64,000 nucleotides of DNA from Nitrospirae bacterium JdFR-85 (GTDB lineage Bacteria > Nitrospirota > Thermodesulfovibrionia > Thermodesulfovibrionales > JdFR-85). This document shows positions 18,414 to 29,019 of the stretch, in pieces (the first letter of the stretch is position 1; each line of letters begins with the position of its first letter). Position numbers and translations under genes: made by a program. Under the pieces are notes generated by a model that saw only the letters and a list, made by a program, of their open reading frames with translations, had not been told where the DNA came from and made no database searches. Where the stretch lies: NCBI GenBank assembly GCA_002011745.1, contig MTOU01000007.1, positions 30,036 to 94,035 of the forward strand, read 5' to 3'.

Positions 18414-19684
18414 GGAAGACACTGAATGTAAATGTCAAACATCTCACAAGAGTTGAGGGTCACGGTAATATCCGCATAAAGATAAGGAATGGCAGGCTCA
18501 TTGAGGCAAGGTGGGAGGTTGTTGAGACACCCAGATTCTTTGAGGTCATACTCAAGGGAAAGAAATGGGACAATGCCCCATGGATAACAGGGAGGATATG
18601 TGGCATATGTTCAACAGGCCACACACTTGCGAGTATCCGCGCAGTAGAGAATGCCTTTGGGATTGTCCCTGATGAAAATACAAAGAGATTCCGACTCCTG
18701 CTGAAGCACATGGAGACACTTCAGAGCCATACTCTACACCTGTGTTTTCTTGTACTGCCTGATTTTATGAATGCAGGCAGTGTATTTCCGCTCATTAATT
18801 CTCACAGGGATGTGGTCATCCGTGCTGCAAGGATAAAAAAACTTGCCAATGATCTGTGTGATTTGATCGGTGGAAGGAGCATCCATCCACCAAGGCTCGT
18901 AGTGGGTGGTTTTACAAAATTGCCAGACAGAAGAGAACTCCAGCCCTTCCTCCAGCAACTTGAGCAGATAGAGGAAGATCTCATGGTGTTTGTTGAACTC
19001 TTCAGGGGCTTTGAGATACCTGACTTTGTAAGGGAGACAGAGTTTGTGTCTTTAAAGGGTGAGGGAGAGTATCCATTTATTGGTGGTGACCTGATCTCAA
19101 GTGATGGTGTGCACATGAAGGAACAGGATTATAAAAAGATGACAAATGAATATGTGGTGGAGCATTCAACATCAAAATGGTGCCGTCTCTCAAGGGAGTC
19201 CTTTGCAGTGGGTGCACTTGCAAGGCTGAATAATAATTTTGAATTCCTCCACCCAGTGGCAAAGGACATAGCAAGGAGTTTTGGCCTCATCCCTGTTACC
19301 CATAATCCATTTATGAACAATATTGCACAATTAGTGGAATGTGTTCATGTGGTGAGGGACTCAATCAGGCTCCTCAATGAGATATTAGATTCAGAGTGGA
19401 AAGAACAGAGGCAGAAGGTGGAGCCAAGGAGTGGAGTGGGTGTTGGTGCAGTGGAGGTACCACGGGGTATTCTGTATCACTGCTATGAGTTCGATGACAA
19501 AGGCAGGATTGTAATGGCAGACTGTGTAATACCCACTGGTCAGAACCATGCCAATATACAACATGACCTTGAGGCACTTGCAGAAGAGTATGCTACACGT
19601 GGCAAGTGTGACAGTGAGATAGAGGTACTCGCATCAATGCTCGTAAGAGCATATGATCCCTGCATCTCTTGTTCAGTACATTAA
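18410..19684 (+). CDS. [NiFe] hydrogenase large (alpha) subunit, group-3b-like
   Basis: 424 aa with N-terminal RICGICSTGH and C-terminal DPCISCSVH Ni-Fe ligand motifs. The four-gene beta-gamma-delta-alpha order matches the sulfhydrogenase architecture. Confidence 0.9.
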   Translation: MRKTLNVNVKHLTRVEGHGNIRIKIRNGRLIEARWEVVETPRFFEVILKGKKWDNAPWITGRICGICSTGHTLASIRAVENAFGIVPDENTKRFRLLLKHMETLQSHTLHLCFLVLPDFMNAGSVFPLINSHRDVVIRAARIKKLANDLCDLIGGRSIHPPRLVVGGFTKLPDRRELQPFLQQLEQIEEDLMVFVELFRGFEIPDFVRETEFVSLKGEGEYPFIGGDLISSDGVHMKEQDYKKMTNEYVVEHSTSKWCRLSRESFAVGALARLNNNFEFLHPVAKDIARSFGLIPVTHNPFMNNIAQLVECVHVVRDSIRLLNEILDSEWKEQRQKVEPRSGVGVGAVEVPRGILYHCYEFDDKGRIVMADCVIPTGQNHANIQHDLEALAEEYATRGKCDSEIEVLASMLVRAYDPCISCSVH

Positions 19685-19702
19685 AGAGTAATTCGGTGGT
19701 TT

Positions 19703-19729
19703 TGGTGGAGAATAACATCCACCTCTTTT
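19703..19729 (+). terminator. rho-independent terminator after the hydrogenase operon
   Basis: GGTGGA-GAATAACA-TCCACC followed by TCTTTTT, about 20 nt after the stop. Confidence 0.7.
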
Positions 19730-19805
19730 TGAGACCAATAATTCTTAAGTGATTTAAGCTAAAAGAAGGAAACTCCCTATAATAGCCAATTCTCTGGTAT
19801 AATAA

Positions 19806-20942
<1,137 letters not shown>

Positions 20943-20959
20943 AAAAGAAGGAGGTATTC

Positions 20960-21988
20960 GTGAATATCAAAAGACTGATCAGAAAAAGTGTGAGGACACT
21001 GGAGCCTTACAAGGCAAAAGAGATAGTCTGTAAGGTAAAACTCGATGCTAATGAATCACCCTATGGCTATCCGTCCCTTCTCAAAGAAGCGATGAAAGTC
21101 AAGACAAACAGGTATCCTGACCCAGAGGGAAAGGCATTAAAGAGGGAGGCATCAAAGAGGTGGAAAGTGCCTGCAAGGAACATACTCCTCAGCAATGGTT
21201 CTGATGAGCTGATATACTATCTTGTAACAGCCTTCGGAGGCCCGGTGCTTTATCCAACCCCTACATTCTCAATGTATGGCATCATCTCCAATGCTCTTGG
21301 TGAGAAGACCATACCAGTGCCTCTTACAGATGACTTTGATATTGACATAAAAAAGACAGAGGCAAAGATAAAACGATACAGGCCTCATCTTATTTTTCTC
21401 AGCAGTCCCAACAATCCAACGGGCAACTGCTTCTCTGAAGATAAACTCCTAAAGATACTGGAGATAAGCCCTGCAGTAGTGGTGATTGACGAGGCTTATC
21501 AGCCCTTCTCAGAAAAGAACCATCTCCCGCTACTTAAAAAATACAGAAATCTCGCTATTATGAGAACACTCAGCAAAATAGGCTTTGCATCTTTGAGGGT
21601 CGGGTTTCTCATATCCAATCCTGAAATTACAGAGGTGGTAAACAGGGTAAGGCTCCCGTTCAATGTGAACAGTCTCTCTCAGACAGTGGCTACAGAAGTA
21701 TTCAGAAATTATGATAATATAGAGAAGGACATTGAAAGGCTGAAGAGGGAAAGGGACAGACTTTACCAGAGGCTCAGACACCTGAAGGGTATTGAGGTCT
21801 TCCCGTCAGAGGCGAATTTTATTCTGTTCAGAACGAAGGGGGCCAGAACCCTTCACAGGAGGCTTTTGAAGGAGGGTGTACTCATCAGGGACATAACATC
21901 CCAGATAAAAGACTGTCTCCGCGTTACCGTGGGCACAGAGGAAGAGAATGAGATATTTATAGCAACTCTTGCAAAACTTCTGAAATGA
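20960..21988 (+). CDS. hisC: histidinol-phosphate aminotransferase
   Basis: 342 aa, GTG start after GAAGGAGG. NPNNPTG-like SPNNPTG and the PLP-lysine context LSKIGFASLRVGF. Confidence 0.88.
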   Translation: MNIKRLIRKSVRTLEPYKAKEIVCKVKLDANESPYGYPSLLKEAMKVKTNRYPDPEGKALKREASKRWKVPARNILLSNGSDELIYYLVTAFGGPVLYPTPTFSMYGIISNALGEKTIPVPLTDDFDIDIKKTEAKIKRYRPHLIFLSSPNNPTGNCFSEDKLLKILEISPAVVVIDEAYQPFSEKNHLPLLKKYRNLAIMRTLSKIGFASLRVGFLISNPEITEVVNRVRLPFNVNSLSQTVATEVFRNYDNIEKDIERLKRERDRLYQRLRHLKGIEVFPSEANFILFRTKGARTLHRRLLKEGVLIRDITSQIKDCLRVTVGTEEENEIFIATLAKLLK

Positions 21989-22887
21989 AGAAAAAGGCAG
22001 CCCTTCTGTCTGTATTCTCAAATACCACCCTTGTGGTCATAAAACTATTAACAGGTCTTGTGACAGGCAGTATGGCCGTAATCTCAGAGGCACTCCACAG
22101 TGGTACAGACCTTGTGGCATCACTGATGGCATTCCTTAGTGTAAGGGAGGCTGAAAAACCTGCTGATACAAAACACCCTTACGGGCATGGAAAGTTTGAA
22201 AACCTGAGTGGACTCTTTGAGGCACTGCTCATAGTGGCTGCTGCTGTGTTTATATTCTATGAATCTATCGCAAGGATTCTCAGAGGTGCCGAGATAAAGA
22301 TGCCCCTTCTGGCAATCATTGTGATGGGAGTGTCAGCCATAACAAACTTCTTCGTCTCCAGATACCTCTTCAGAGTGGCAAAAAAGACAGATTCCATCGC
22401 CCTTGAAGCTGATGCAAAACACCTCAGTGCAGATTTTTACAGTTCCATGGGGGTGATCGGGGGACTGCTGCTCGTTTCTGTTTCAGGCCTTCATCTATTT
22501 GACTCTCTAACAGCAATCCTGGTGGCAGGTATAATCCTCTATGAAGGCATCCTTCTTACAAAGACCTCAACCGAAGGACTCCTTGACAAGTCCCTACCAG
22601 AGGAGGAGCTTACAGAGATTAAAGAAATCCTTGACTCATACAAGGATGTAATAAAGGACTATCATGAACTGAGAACACGAAAGGCAGGCAGTGAAAGGCA
22701 TATAGACCTTCATATCTCTGTATGCAGAGACGAAAGCATACTTCAGACCCATAAGACCATGGACCGTATAGAAGAAGCTTTAAAAGAGAGGTTTCCTGGC
22801 TGCAAGATCGTTATTCATCCTGAACCTTGCACCCACCATTCAGACTCCTGTCCTTCAGACTGCTATTGGTTGAGACTCAAAAAATGA
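21985..22887 (+). CDS. cation diffusion facilitator (CDF) family metal transporter
   Basis: 300 aa, six TM segments, HSGTDL / DAKHLSAD motifs and a C-terminal cytoplasmic domain. ATGA overlap with hisC. Confidence 0.85.
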   Translation: MKKKAALLSVFSNTTLVVIKLLTGLVTGSMAVISEALHSGTDLVASLMAFLSVREAEKPADTKHPYGHGKFENLSGLFEALLIVAAAVFIFYESIARILRGAEIKMPLLAIIVMGVSAITNFFVSRYLFRVAKKTDSIALEADAKHLSADFYSSMGVIGGLLLVSVSGLHLFDSLTAILVAGIILYEGILLTKTSTEGLLDKSLPEEELTEIKEILDSYKDVIKDYHELRTRKAGSERHIDLHISVCRDESILQTHKTMDRIEEALKERFPGCKIVIHPEPCTHHSDSCPSDCYWLRLKK

Positions 22888-22910
22888 ACTTCAAATATAT
22901 AAAGATTTGA

Positions 22911-23798
22911 TCAGCTCTCTTCTGAAGAGACCTTCCTGAAGAGCTCGTTCTTCCTGAACTCAGAGATCTTGTATACATGGTCTTTATAAAAGATAAAATA
23001 CTCCTCTTTAGCCTTAAAGAGCTTGAGTAGATACTCCCTGTCGGCTGTTATCTGGAGTGCGCCCTCTTCAGTGGCACCCTCAGGGAGTTCATCCTTCTCA
23101 GGAAAACCAGATGCAGTAATGATGCTCAGACCATTCAGATAGGCTGAAACCCTCTCCTCTGGTAGTTTCTTCTCTTCTGAATACCATCCATCCTTTTCCC
23201 TTCTCATTGAGAAGGATTCCTTCTGAAGTGTCCACCTAACTGCCTTGATATCCTCTTTCTTAAGGCTTAGGATGGTCCTGTCACGAAACTCATCCTTTGA
23301 ATCAGGAAGGGCATCCACAAAGGAGGCATCCACGAGGTAGACACCCCTGTCGCCCTTTCTTCTCACATAAACAAGGGAATACTTGGGACCCCTCTTGCCT
23401 ACCACAATCGTCTCTGAAGACCGTGGGGTCTTGAGGGTGATATAATCGTCAGAGTCTGTAACCTTGTAATCTCTGTACTTGTCCTTATCGCGAGTTATGG
23501 GATTCTCAAGGCGTGTCTTCAGTACCTTCTCTATTAGACTTTTTATCTTACCTTCATCTGCCTTCCACCTGATGGGTTCAACCATCTGCCAGCCCTTTTC
23601 ATTGTTTTGGAAGCGGTAAAGAGTGTCACCCCTTTTTACTTCAATCTCCTTTATTCCTTTTTTATTGAGGTTGACCAGATAAGAGGGACCCTTGCTGGAG
23701 AGCATGGGAATAAAGTAGAGCACCACAAGTACAACTGCTACGGCAGGCAGTATATAGTATCTCATAATGCTATCCTCCTCTTCTTTCTTACTGTCCAC
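22911..23798 (-). CDS. DUF4340-like protein (accessory to the GldG/ABC-2 system)
   Basis: 295 aa with an N-terminal TM segment. It is the last gene of the ATPase-permease-GldG string. The family call comes from context and memory. Confidence 0.6.
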   Translation of the reverse strand: MDSKKEEEDSIMRYYILPAVAVVLVVLYFIPMLSSKGPSYLVNLNKKGIKEIEVKRGDTLYRFQNNEKGWQMVEPIRWKADEGKIKSLIEKVLKTRLENPITRDKDKYRDYKVTDSDDYITLKTPRSSETIVVGKRGPKYSLVYVRRKGDRGVYLVDASFVDALPDSKDEFRDRTILSLKKEDIKAVRWTLQKESFSMRREKDGWYSEEKKLPEERVSAYLNGLSIITASGFPEKDELPEGATEEGALQITADREYLLKLFKAKEEYFIFYKDHVYKISEFRKNELFRKVSSEES

Positions 23799-25264
23799 AG
23801 AATCAGTCCCCCAATTACTGTCAACACTGAGGGTGTGAGCACAGTAGCATATTTTACAGCCTTCTGCAGAGAAGGGGTAAGCTGCCTTATGGGTCTGCTT
23901 TCCACCCTCTTGGAACGGATTGAGATAAGGGAGTCATCCTCAACCAGCCAGTCAATACAGTTAAGGAGAAACTGGGCATTTCCTGGAGCTTCTATAAACT
24001 CGTCTGTTGCAAACTCGCTGTCTGCCACAACGAGGATTCTACTGTTACCCTCTTTGACGATCTCCTTCTCCTTTTTGTCTCCAAATTTTGTTGTAAACTT
24101 TCCAGCCACAATAAGTGCCACTGGTGAGGGAGGACCTGAGAAGTCCTCTGGCCTGAACTTTCTATTAACCGCTACATAAAAGGGTTGCTTCAGAACACCT
24201 GAATGGTCTGATGTCTTTGCGAGAACTATAAACCTGAGGCCCTCGATCTCCTTATACTCAATAGGTGAGGTATACCCCAGTGTAATGGTTTCTATGTCCC
24301 TCGTTATTATCTCCTCCCTGTTAAGGTTCACAATCTTGGGGAAGAAGGGATACCTCGTCAAGGTAGTGAATATAAAACCACCCTTTCTCTCACTTATATT
24401 CACTACTCCTGAAGAAAGGTCATAGACAAGGGCAGGCTCAATCTCTACTCCGTAGTGCTTTAACAGGTTCTCAATGCCTGTCTCTACAGTCCTTCCAAAT
24501 CCGTACTGAAGATCTGCCTGGACCCTGTCAACCAGAAACAGCACCTTCCCACCCTTCATAATAAACTGATCAATCCTAAAGAGTTCGTTGTCCTCAAAAT
24601 TATTAGTAGGACCAGCAATAATCAAAAGGTCTATACCCTCTGGCTCTTCATCTTTCAGGTTTATAGACTTTACATTGTACTGTCTCTTGAGAAACTCCTT
24701 CACCCTGAACAGTGGCTTTTCACCGTGGCCGGCAGAGAATCCCACTGTCTTCTTCTCTTCTGAAAGAAGCGTCTTAATCGTAGAAGAAACCTCATACTCC
24801 AGCGTGGATGTATCGGTTACTACGGGTATAGACTCTATCTTCTCGCCGTGCACGAAGGCCAGTCCCATATAGACCCTCTTAATCTGGATCTGATCATTCT
24901 CAATCGCATTGACCTGCACAGGAGGTATCCCGTATCTGGAGGCGTCTCTCTCAAAGCTGGTATCATCAGGGTCCACTCTGTCAATCAACACCTTACCACC
25001 AGAGAACCTTTTGTAATCCCTTAAGATATCCATCACATAACGAGCCGTGGTATTGTAAGGATAGGGAATATCCTTGGAGAAGAAGACCTTCACAGTAATG
25101 CTGTCCTTTAAGTTCCTAAGCATCTTTTTTGTGGCATCACTGAGGGTGTATATCTTCGTCTCAGTAAGGTCAATATTCAGATAGTGTCTTTCAGCAAGAA
25201 GAATCCCAAATATTAGAATTATTATCAAAGAGACGAGGTTCACGATCCAGAGTCTTCTGCTCAT
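23762..25264 (-). CDS. GldG-family ABC-type transport auxiliary protein
   Basis: N- and C-terminal TM anchors and the ...IYTLSDATKKML..L...V.VKVFFS pattern. I chose the start at MSRRLW: its ATG forms an ATGA overlap with the permease stop and follows GAGGAGGAAGG. Confidence 0.75.
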   Translation of the reverse strand: MSRRLWIVNLVSLIIILIFGILLAERHYLNIDLTETKIYTLSDATKKMLRNLKDSITVKVFFSKDIPYPYNTTARYVMDILRDYKRFSGGKVLIDRVDPDDTSFERDASRYGIPPVQVNAIENDQIQIKRVYMGLAFVHGEKIESIPVVTDTSTLEYEVSSTIKTLLSEEKKTVGFSAGHGEKPLFRVKEFLKRQYNVKSINLKDEEPEGIDLLIIAGPTNNFEDNELFRIDQFIMKGGKVLFLVDRVQADLQYGFGRTVETGIENLLKHYGVEIEPALVYDLSSGVVNISERKGGFIFTTLTRYPFFPKIVNLNREEIITRDIETITLGYTSPIEYKEIEGLRFIVLAKTSDHSGVLKQPFYVAVNRKFRPEDFSGPPSPVALIVAGKFTTKFGDKKEKEIVKEGNSRILVVADSEFATDEFIEAPGNAQFLLNCIDWLVEDDSLISIRSKRVESRPIRQLTPSLQKAVKYATVLTPSVLTVIGGLILWTVRKKRRIAL

Positions 25265-25974
25265 CCCTTCCTCCTCACGAGCATGTAGGTAGAAAGCATC
25301 AGAAAAAAGAGGTTCAGGCATATAAAGTAGAACACATCAGCAAGGCTTACCACACCTCGCAACATACTGTCAAAGTGGCTTAACATAGAGAATCTCTCAA
25401 CAACAGACTGTACTCTTACGGGAAGAATCATCTGTAGCCTGCTCAGCACAAAGAAGACGAAGATTATACTGAATCCTGTTATAAATGCAATCACCTGACT
25501 GGATGTGATGGTGGAGGCAAAAAGTGCTATGGAGATATAGGTACATCCTAAGAGAAACAGAGCAAGATAATTCCCAAAGAGCATACCACCATCAGGACTG
25601 CCAAGCAGATAGAGTAAAAACACATAAAAGAGTGTAAACCCCAAAGTAACAACAAATAAGGACACCACAGCTATATACTTGCTCAGAATAACTTCCCATT
25701 CCTTTACTGGCAGGGTCATCAGAATCTGCAGTGTATCCACCTTCTTTTCTTCTGCAAGTGACCTCATTGTGATTGCGGGCATGAAGAACATCAGAAGAAG
25801 GGGCATAACATCCATCATACCCCTTAGTTCTGCCTCTCCCACAAAGAAGAGTGCATTGGTAAAGAACCATCCTGTTATAAGAAGGAATATACCACTCACC
25901 ACATAAGCCATGGGTGAGTAAAAGAGATGCTTAAGCTCCTTTCTCAGAAGTGAACCAATCTTCATATAAACCAC
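25261..25974 (-). CDS. ABC-2 type transporter permease
   Basis: 237 aa, six TM segments, immediately downstream of the ATPase gene. Confidence 0.8.
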   Translation of the reverse strand: MVYMKIGSLLRKELKHLFYSPMAYVVSGIFLLITGWFFTNALFFVGEAELRGMMDVMPLLLMFFMPAITMRSLAEEKKVDTLQILMTLPVKEWEVILSKYIAVVSLFVVTLGFTLFYVFLLYLLGSPDGGMLFGNYLALFLLGCTYISIALFASTITSSQVIAFITGFSIIFVFFVLSRLQMILPVRVQSVVERFSMLSHFDSMLRGVVSLADVFYFICLNLFFLMLSTYMLVRRKG

Positions 25975-25978
25975 CTTT

Positions 25979-26884
25979 CTACTGCTCTGTTAACTGTCGG
26001 AATATATCCTCAAGGCTCTTCCTCTCCCTGTAAAGCTCCAGTAAAACAGCATCTTTTTCTTTGAAGAATCTGAATACATCCTCCCTTATATCCCTGCTTT
26101 CATGAGGTGTGATCCTGATGCTATAAAGCCCATCCTCGGTCTTGAGTGTCTGTACTGAGCCGAATACACTCAGTGACTCTGGAGGCAATTCTCCTCGGTA
26201 CTCAACAACCACAGAGGTACCTGAGAGTTCTCCTTTCAGGGTTTCAATAGCACTGTCTGCCACTATCTTCCCGTTGTTTATAACAATCACTCTGCTACAT
26301 GTCTGCTCCACCTCAGGCAGTATATGCGTGGAAAGAAGTACCGTCTTCTCCTTACCCAACTCCTTTATCAACTGACGTATCTCTTCTATCTGAAGAGGAT
26401 CAAGCCCTGTTGTGGGCTCATCCAGTATCAGTATTTTGGGATTATGTAGTATCGCTTGAGCAATTCCCACCCTCTGACGATAACCCTTTGAAAGGGTGCC
26501 TATGCTCCTGTAGAGCACATCCATTATCCCACAAAGTTCTGCCGTTTCTTTAATAGCCTTTCTGCCATTTCCAATACCCCTTACAGAGGCAACAAACTCC
26601 AGAAAGTCATAAGGAGTGAGGTCTTCATAAAGAGGAGTATTCTCTGGAAGGTAACCTATCCTCTCCTTCACCTTTACAGGCTCCTCCACCACATCAATTC
26701 CATCAATCAGCACCCTGCCTGAGGTTGGATTCAGATATCCTGTAAGTATCTGCATTGTGGTGGTCTTTCCAGCACCATTAGGACCAAGAAACCCCACCAC
26801 TTCCCCTTTTTTCACCTCAAAGGAGACCCCGTCAACAGCCCTTATGTCTCCATAATACTTAACCAGTGAGGATACTTCAATCAT
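25979..26884 (-). CDS. ABC transporter ATP-binding protein
   Basis: 301 aa with Walker A GPNGAGKTT, signature LSKGYRQRV and Walker B ILILDEP. Confidence 0.92.
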   Translation of the reverse strand: MIEVSSLVKYYGDIRAVDGVSFEVKKGEVVGFLGPNGAGKTTTMQILTGYLNPTSGRVLIDGIDVVEEPVKVKERIGYLPENTPLYEDLTPYDFLEFVASVRGIGNGRKAIKETAELCGIMDVLYRSIGTLSKGYRQRVGIAQAILHNPKILILDEPTTGLDPLQIEEIRQLIKELGKEKTVLLSTHILPEVEQTCSRVIVINNGKIVADSAIETLKGELSGTSVVVEYRGELPPESLSVFGSVQTLKTEDGLYSIRITPHESRDIREDVFRFFKEKDAVLLELYRERKSLEDIFRQLTEQ

Positions 26885-26987
26885 CTGAGGCCTTTAAGAA
26901 TACTAAAAAGAAGCTTTTCAAGGTATGTTTTTAATATTTATTTAATAATTTATAAAACCCTTTAATCTTAAGTCAAGCACTAAATCC

Positions 26988-28019
26988 TCATGTCTTTGCC
27001 ACAGCTTTACCCTTACGTGAGGCAAGCTTTTCAAGTTTCTTGAGTCTTGCTATCTCACCAATTGCTATAAGAGTGTCTCCAGCCCTGATAACAGTGTTAT
27101 GCATTGGATTGAACTTCATCTCTCCCTCTGCTCTTTTAATTGCTACCACTATAACACCCAGTTCCCTTCCGATCCCGCTTTCATGAATCGTCTTGTCCAC
27201 AATAGGAGAACCCTCTTCAACCCTTACTTCCTCCATCTGTAGTTCCAGATTTCCGGTCCTTGTTGCAAACTCAATAAAATCAACAACCGCAGGTTTCAAC
27301 ACCGAATGGGCAATTCTGAGTCCACCAATATGGTATGGAGAGACAACCCTGTTTGCTCCTGCCCGAATCAGTTTCTGCTCTGAACCCTCCTCCCCTGCTC
27401 TTGCCACTATAAGGAGATCAGGATTCAATCCCCTTGCGCTCAGAACCACATATAGGTTCTGAGCATCTGTGGAGAGTACAGAAATAAGGCCCTTAGCCCT
27501 CTGGATGCCTGCCTTCAGTAAAAGGTCATCCCTTGTGGCATCACCATAAAGAAAGACTATGTCTTCATCAGCATCTGTCTCCTGTGGCTCCTTCTCTATA
27601 ACAACAAAAGGAATTCCTTTCTGTTTAAACTCCTTGCATATTATTCTCCCCATCCTTCCATATCCACAGATGATAAAATGTCCTTTCATGGTCTTAAGTA
27701 ATTTTTCCACTTTTCTCCTCCCCAGAATATCTCTTAACTCACCTTCTATGACTACTTTTATACCATTATTTATAACATAAAAGACCACACTGAGGCCAAA
27801 AAAAACAAGCAGCAAAGTAAAAGCACGACCAGCACCCGAAAGGGGATGTACCTCTTTATAGCCTATTGTGGTAAGGGTAATAACAGTCATGTATAGAGAA
27901 TCAAAGAAACCCCACTTTTCTACCAACATATACCCAATAGTTCCAATAAGAATAACAAGCAGGACAAATAGACACGAAATAAATGCCTTATCTCTAATAG
28001 AGTTTAATCCCCATCTCAT
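26988..28019 (-). CDS. two-TM potassium-channel-like protein with RCK/TrkA-N domain and a non-canonical filter
   Basis: 343 aa. A pore helix plus filter region (YMTVITLTTIGYKEV) is followed by a Rossmann-type RCK domain (FIICGYGRMGR) and a TrkA-C-like end. Confidence 0.8.
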   Translation of the reverse strand: MRWGLNSIRDKAFISCLFVLLVILIGTIGYMLVEKWGFFDSLYMTVITLTTIGYKEVHPLSGAGRAFTLLLVFFGLSVVFYVINNGIKVVIEGELRDILGRRKVEKLLKTMKGHFIICGYGRMGRIICKEFKQKGIPFVVIEKEPQETDADEDIVFLYGDATRDDLLLKAGIQRAKGLISVLSTDAQNLYVVLSARGLNPDLLIVARAGEEGSEQKLIRAGANRVVSPYHIGGLRIAHSVLKPAVVDFIEFATRTGNLELQMEEVRVEEGSPIVDKTIHESGIGRELGVIVVAIKRAEGEMKFNPMHNTVIRAGDTLIAIGEIARLKKLEKLASRKGKAVAKT

Positions 28020-28449
28020 TTAAGCTCTCCATCATATTCTGTGTATGAGTGCCCTCCCAGTATACCTTACTACAACCAGGACAGAGGTAAAATTCATCCC
28101 TATGGATCCTAACAAACTCAGGGACAAGACCATCAACTTCGGTCTTATCCACCTTTTCAAGTAGAGAGTTACACTCCATACACCTTTTTAATATAGATTC
28201 TGCATTTAAGGGAAATTCCTTTAGGATCTGTTGAAGCTGGGTCTGAAGTTCTTCTGATTGGATTAATATGCATTTTATACGGAATCTAAGAGGTATTCCT
28301 CTGTCACGAGTAAGCAGAATCCTTCCCTCACTTCTTGCGATCCTTACAAGCTGGCTGTCCTCTATATCTTTGAAGTAAAGCACATCATATCCGAGAAATC
28401 TCATCCACTTGGCAAGCCTACCCAACATTGCATCAGCTACAAACTTCAT
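27994..28449 (-). CDS. Mut7-C RNase domain protein (PIN-like fold plus zinc ribbon)
   Basis: 151 aa with N-terminal MKFVADAMLGRLAKWMRFLGYDV and C-terminal C..CN....C..C zinc-ribbon cysteines. Confidence 0.75.
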   Translation of the reverse strand: MKFVADAMLGRLAKWMRFLGYDVLYFKDIEDSQLVRIARSEGRILLTRDRGIPLRFRIKCILIQSEELQTQLQQILKEFPLNAESILKRCMECNSLLEKVDKTEVDGLVPEFVRIHRDEFYLCPGCSKVYWEGTHTQNMMESLNEMGIKLY

Positions 28450-28805
28450 AATCCCCTCGACTCTTTAAATCCCTCCTTAAGGATAATCAAAAACACTACT
28501 GTAAGACCCACCAGAACAGCAACGATATTCACAAGCTTAAGGTATATTAACACAGCAAGTACAGCAAACACAGCAAAAAGCCTTATCAAGCTGAAGAATA
28601 CAAGTTTTCCCTTGGCACCCTCTATACTTTCTGGATTAATAAGACCTGTCACTCCCCAATGGATGCCCTTAAGGTTTGCAAGCGCCAAGGCTCCTCCAAC
28701 AAGAACACTTATAGGAGCCCTCTTCCAATCAAAAAAAGAAGAAAGAACCGCAATGAATATTAGTAGATACAGTGACTGCCTATTGATTCTTTTTATCATC
28801 TCCAT
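28446..28805 (-). CDS. ATP synthase protein I (AtpI)-like small membrane protein
   Basis: Four hydrophobic segments. I chose the start at MEMIKRI (ATG 28805-28803), which is preceded by GAGGAG at an 8-nt spacing. Confidence 0.6.
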   Translation of the reverse strand: MEMIKRINRQSLYLLIFIAVLSSFFDWKRAPISVLVGGALALANLKGIHWGVTGLINPESIEGAKGKLVFFSLIRLFAVFAVLAVLIYLKLVNIVAVLVGLTVVFLIILKEGFKESRGL

Positions 28806-29019
28806 TTGACTGTCTCCTCGCAAATCTGAATAGCTCTCTGAAACCTGCAATAATACCAAATATAAGGAAAATTATCTTCATATAGGGAGATGTTCCCAGC
28901 AGACTGTCAAGACCATAGCCTATGGCAAGTCCGATGAATGTGGCCACCACCATATTAAGCGGTACGGTGCTCGCTTCAAGAATACTTCTCCAAATACCTC
29001 TTCTGTCCTCCTCACCCAT
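28780..29019 (-). CDS. AtpZ/ATPase_gene1-like small membrane protein
   Basis: Two TM segments (VVATFIGLAIGYGLD, IIFLIFGIIAGF). The start at MGEEDRR follows AGGAG at about 7 nt. The track's longer ORF starts at 29034. Confidence 0.6.
   Translation of the reverse strand: MGEEDRRGIWRSILEASTVPLNMVVATFIGLAIGYGLDSLLGTSPYMKIIFLIFGIIAGFRELFRFARRQSNGDDKKNQ

Noticed and set aside
17963-18463. Long antisense ORFs inside confident genes. They are 17963-18463(-), 23607-24179(+), 32481-32951(+), 33038-33421(-), 38935-39333(-), 43457-43825(+), 45166-45726(-), 50521-50979(+), 51852-52220(+), 52202-52600(+), 56709-57089(-) and 62117-62425(-)
   Set aside because: Each is fully embedded opposite a gene with strong family motifs. 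They have no SD sequences, and their low-complexity Ser/Leu/Pro-rich translations are typical of shadow frames of purine-rich coding strands.
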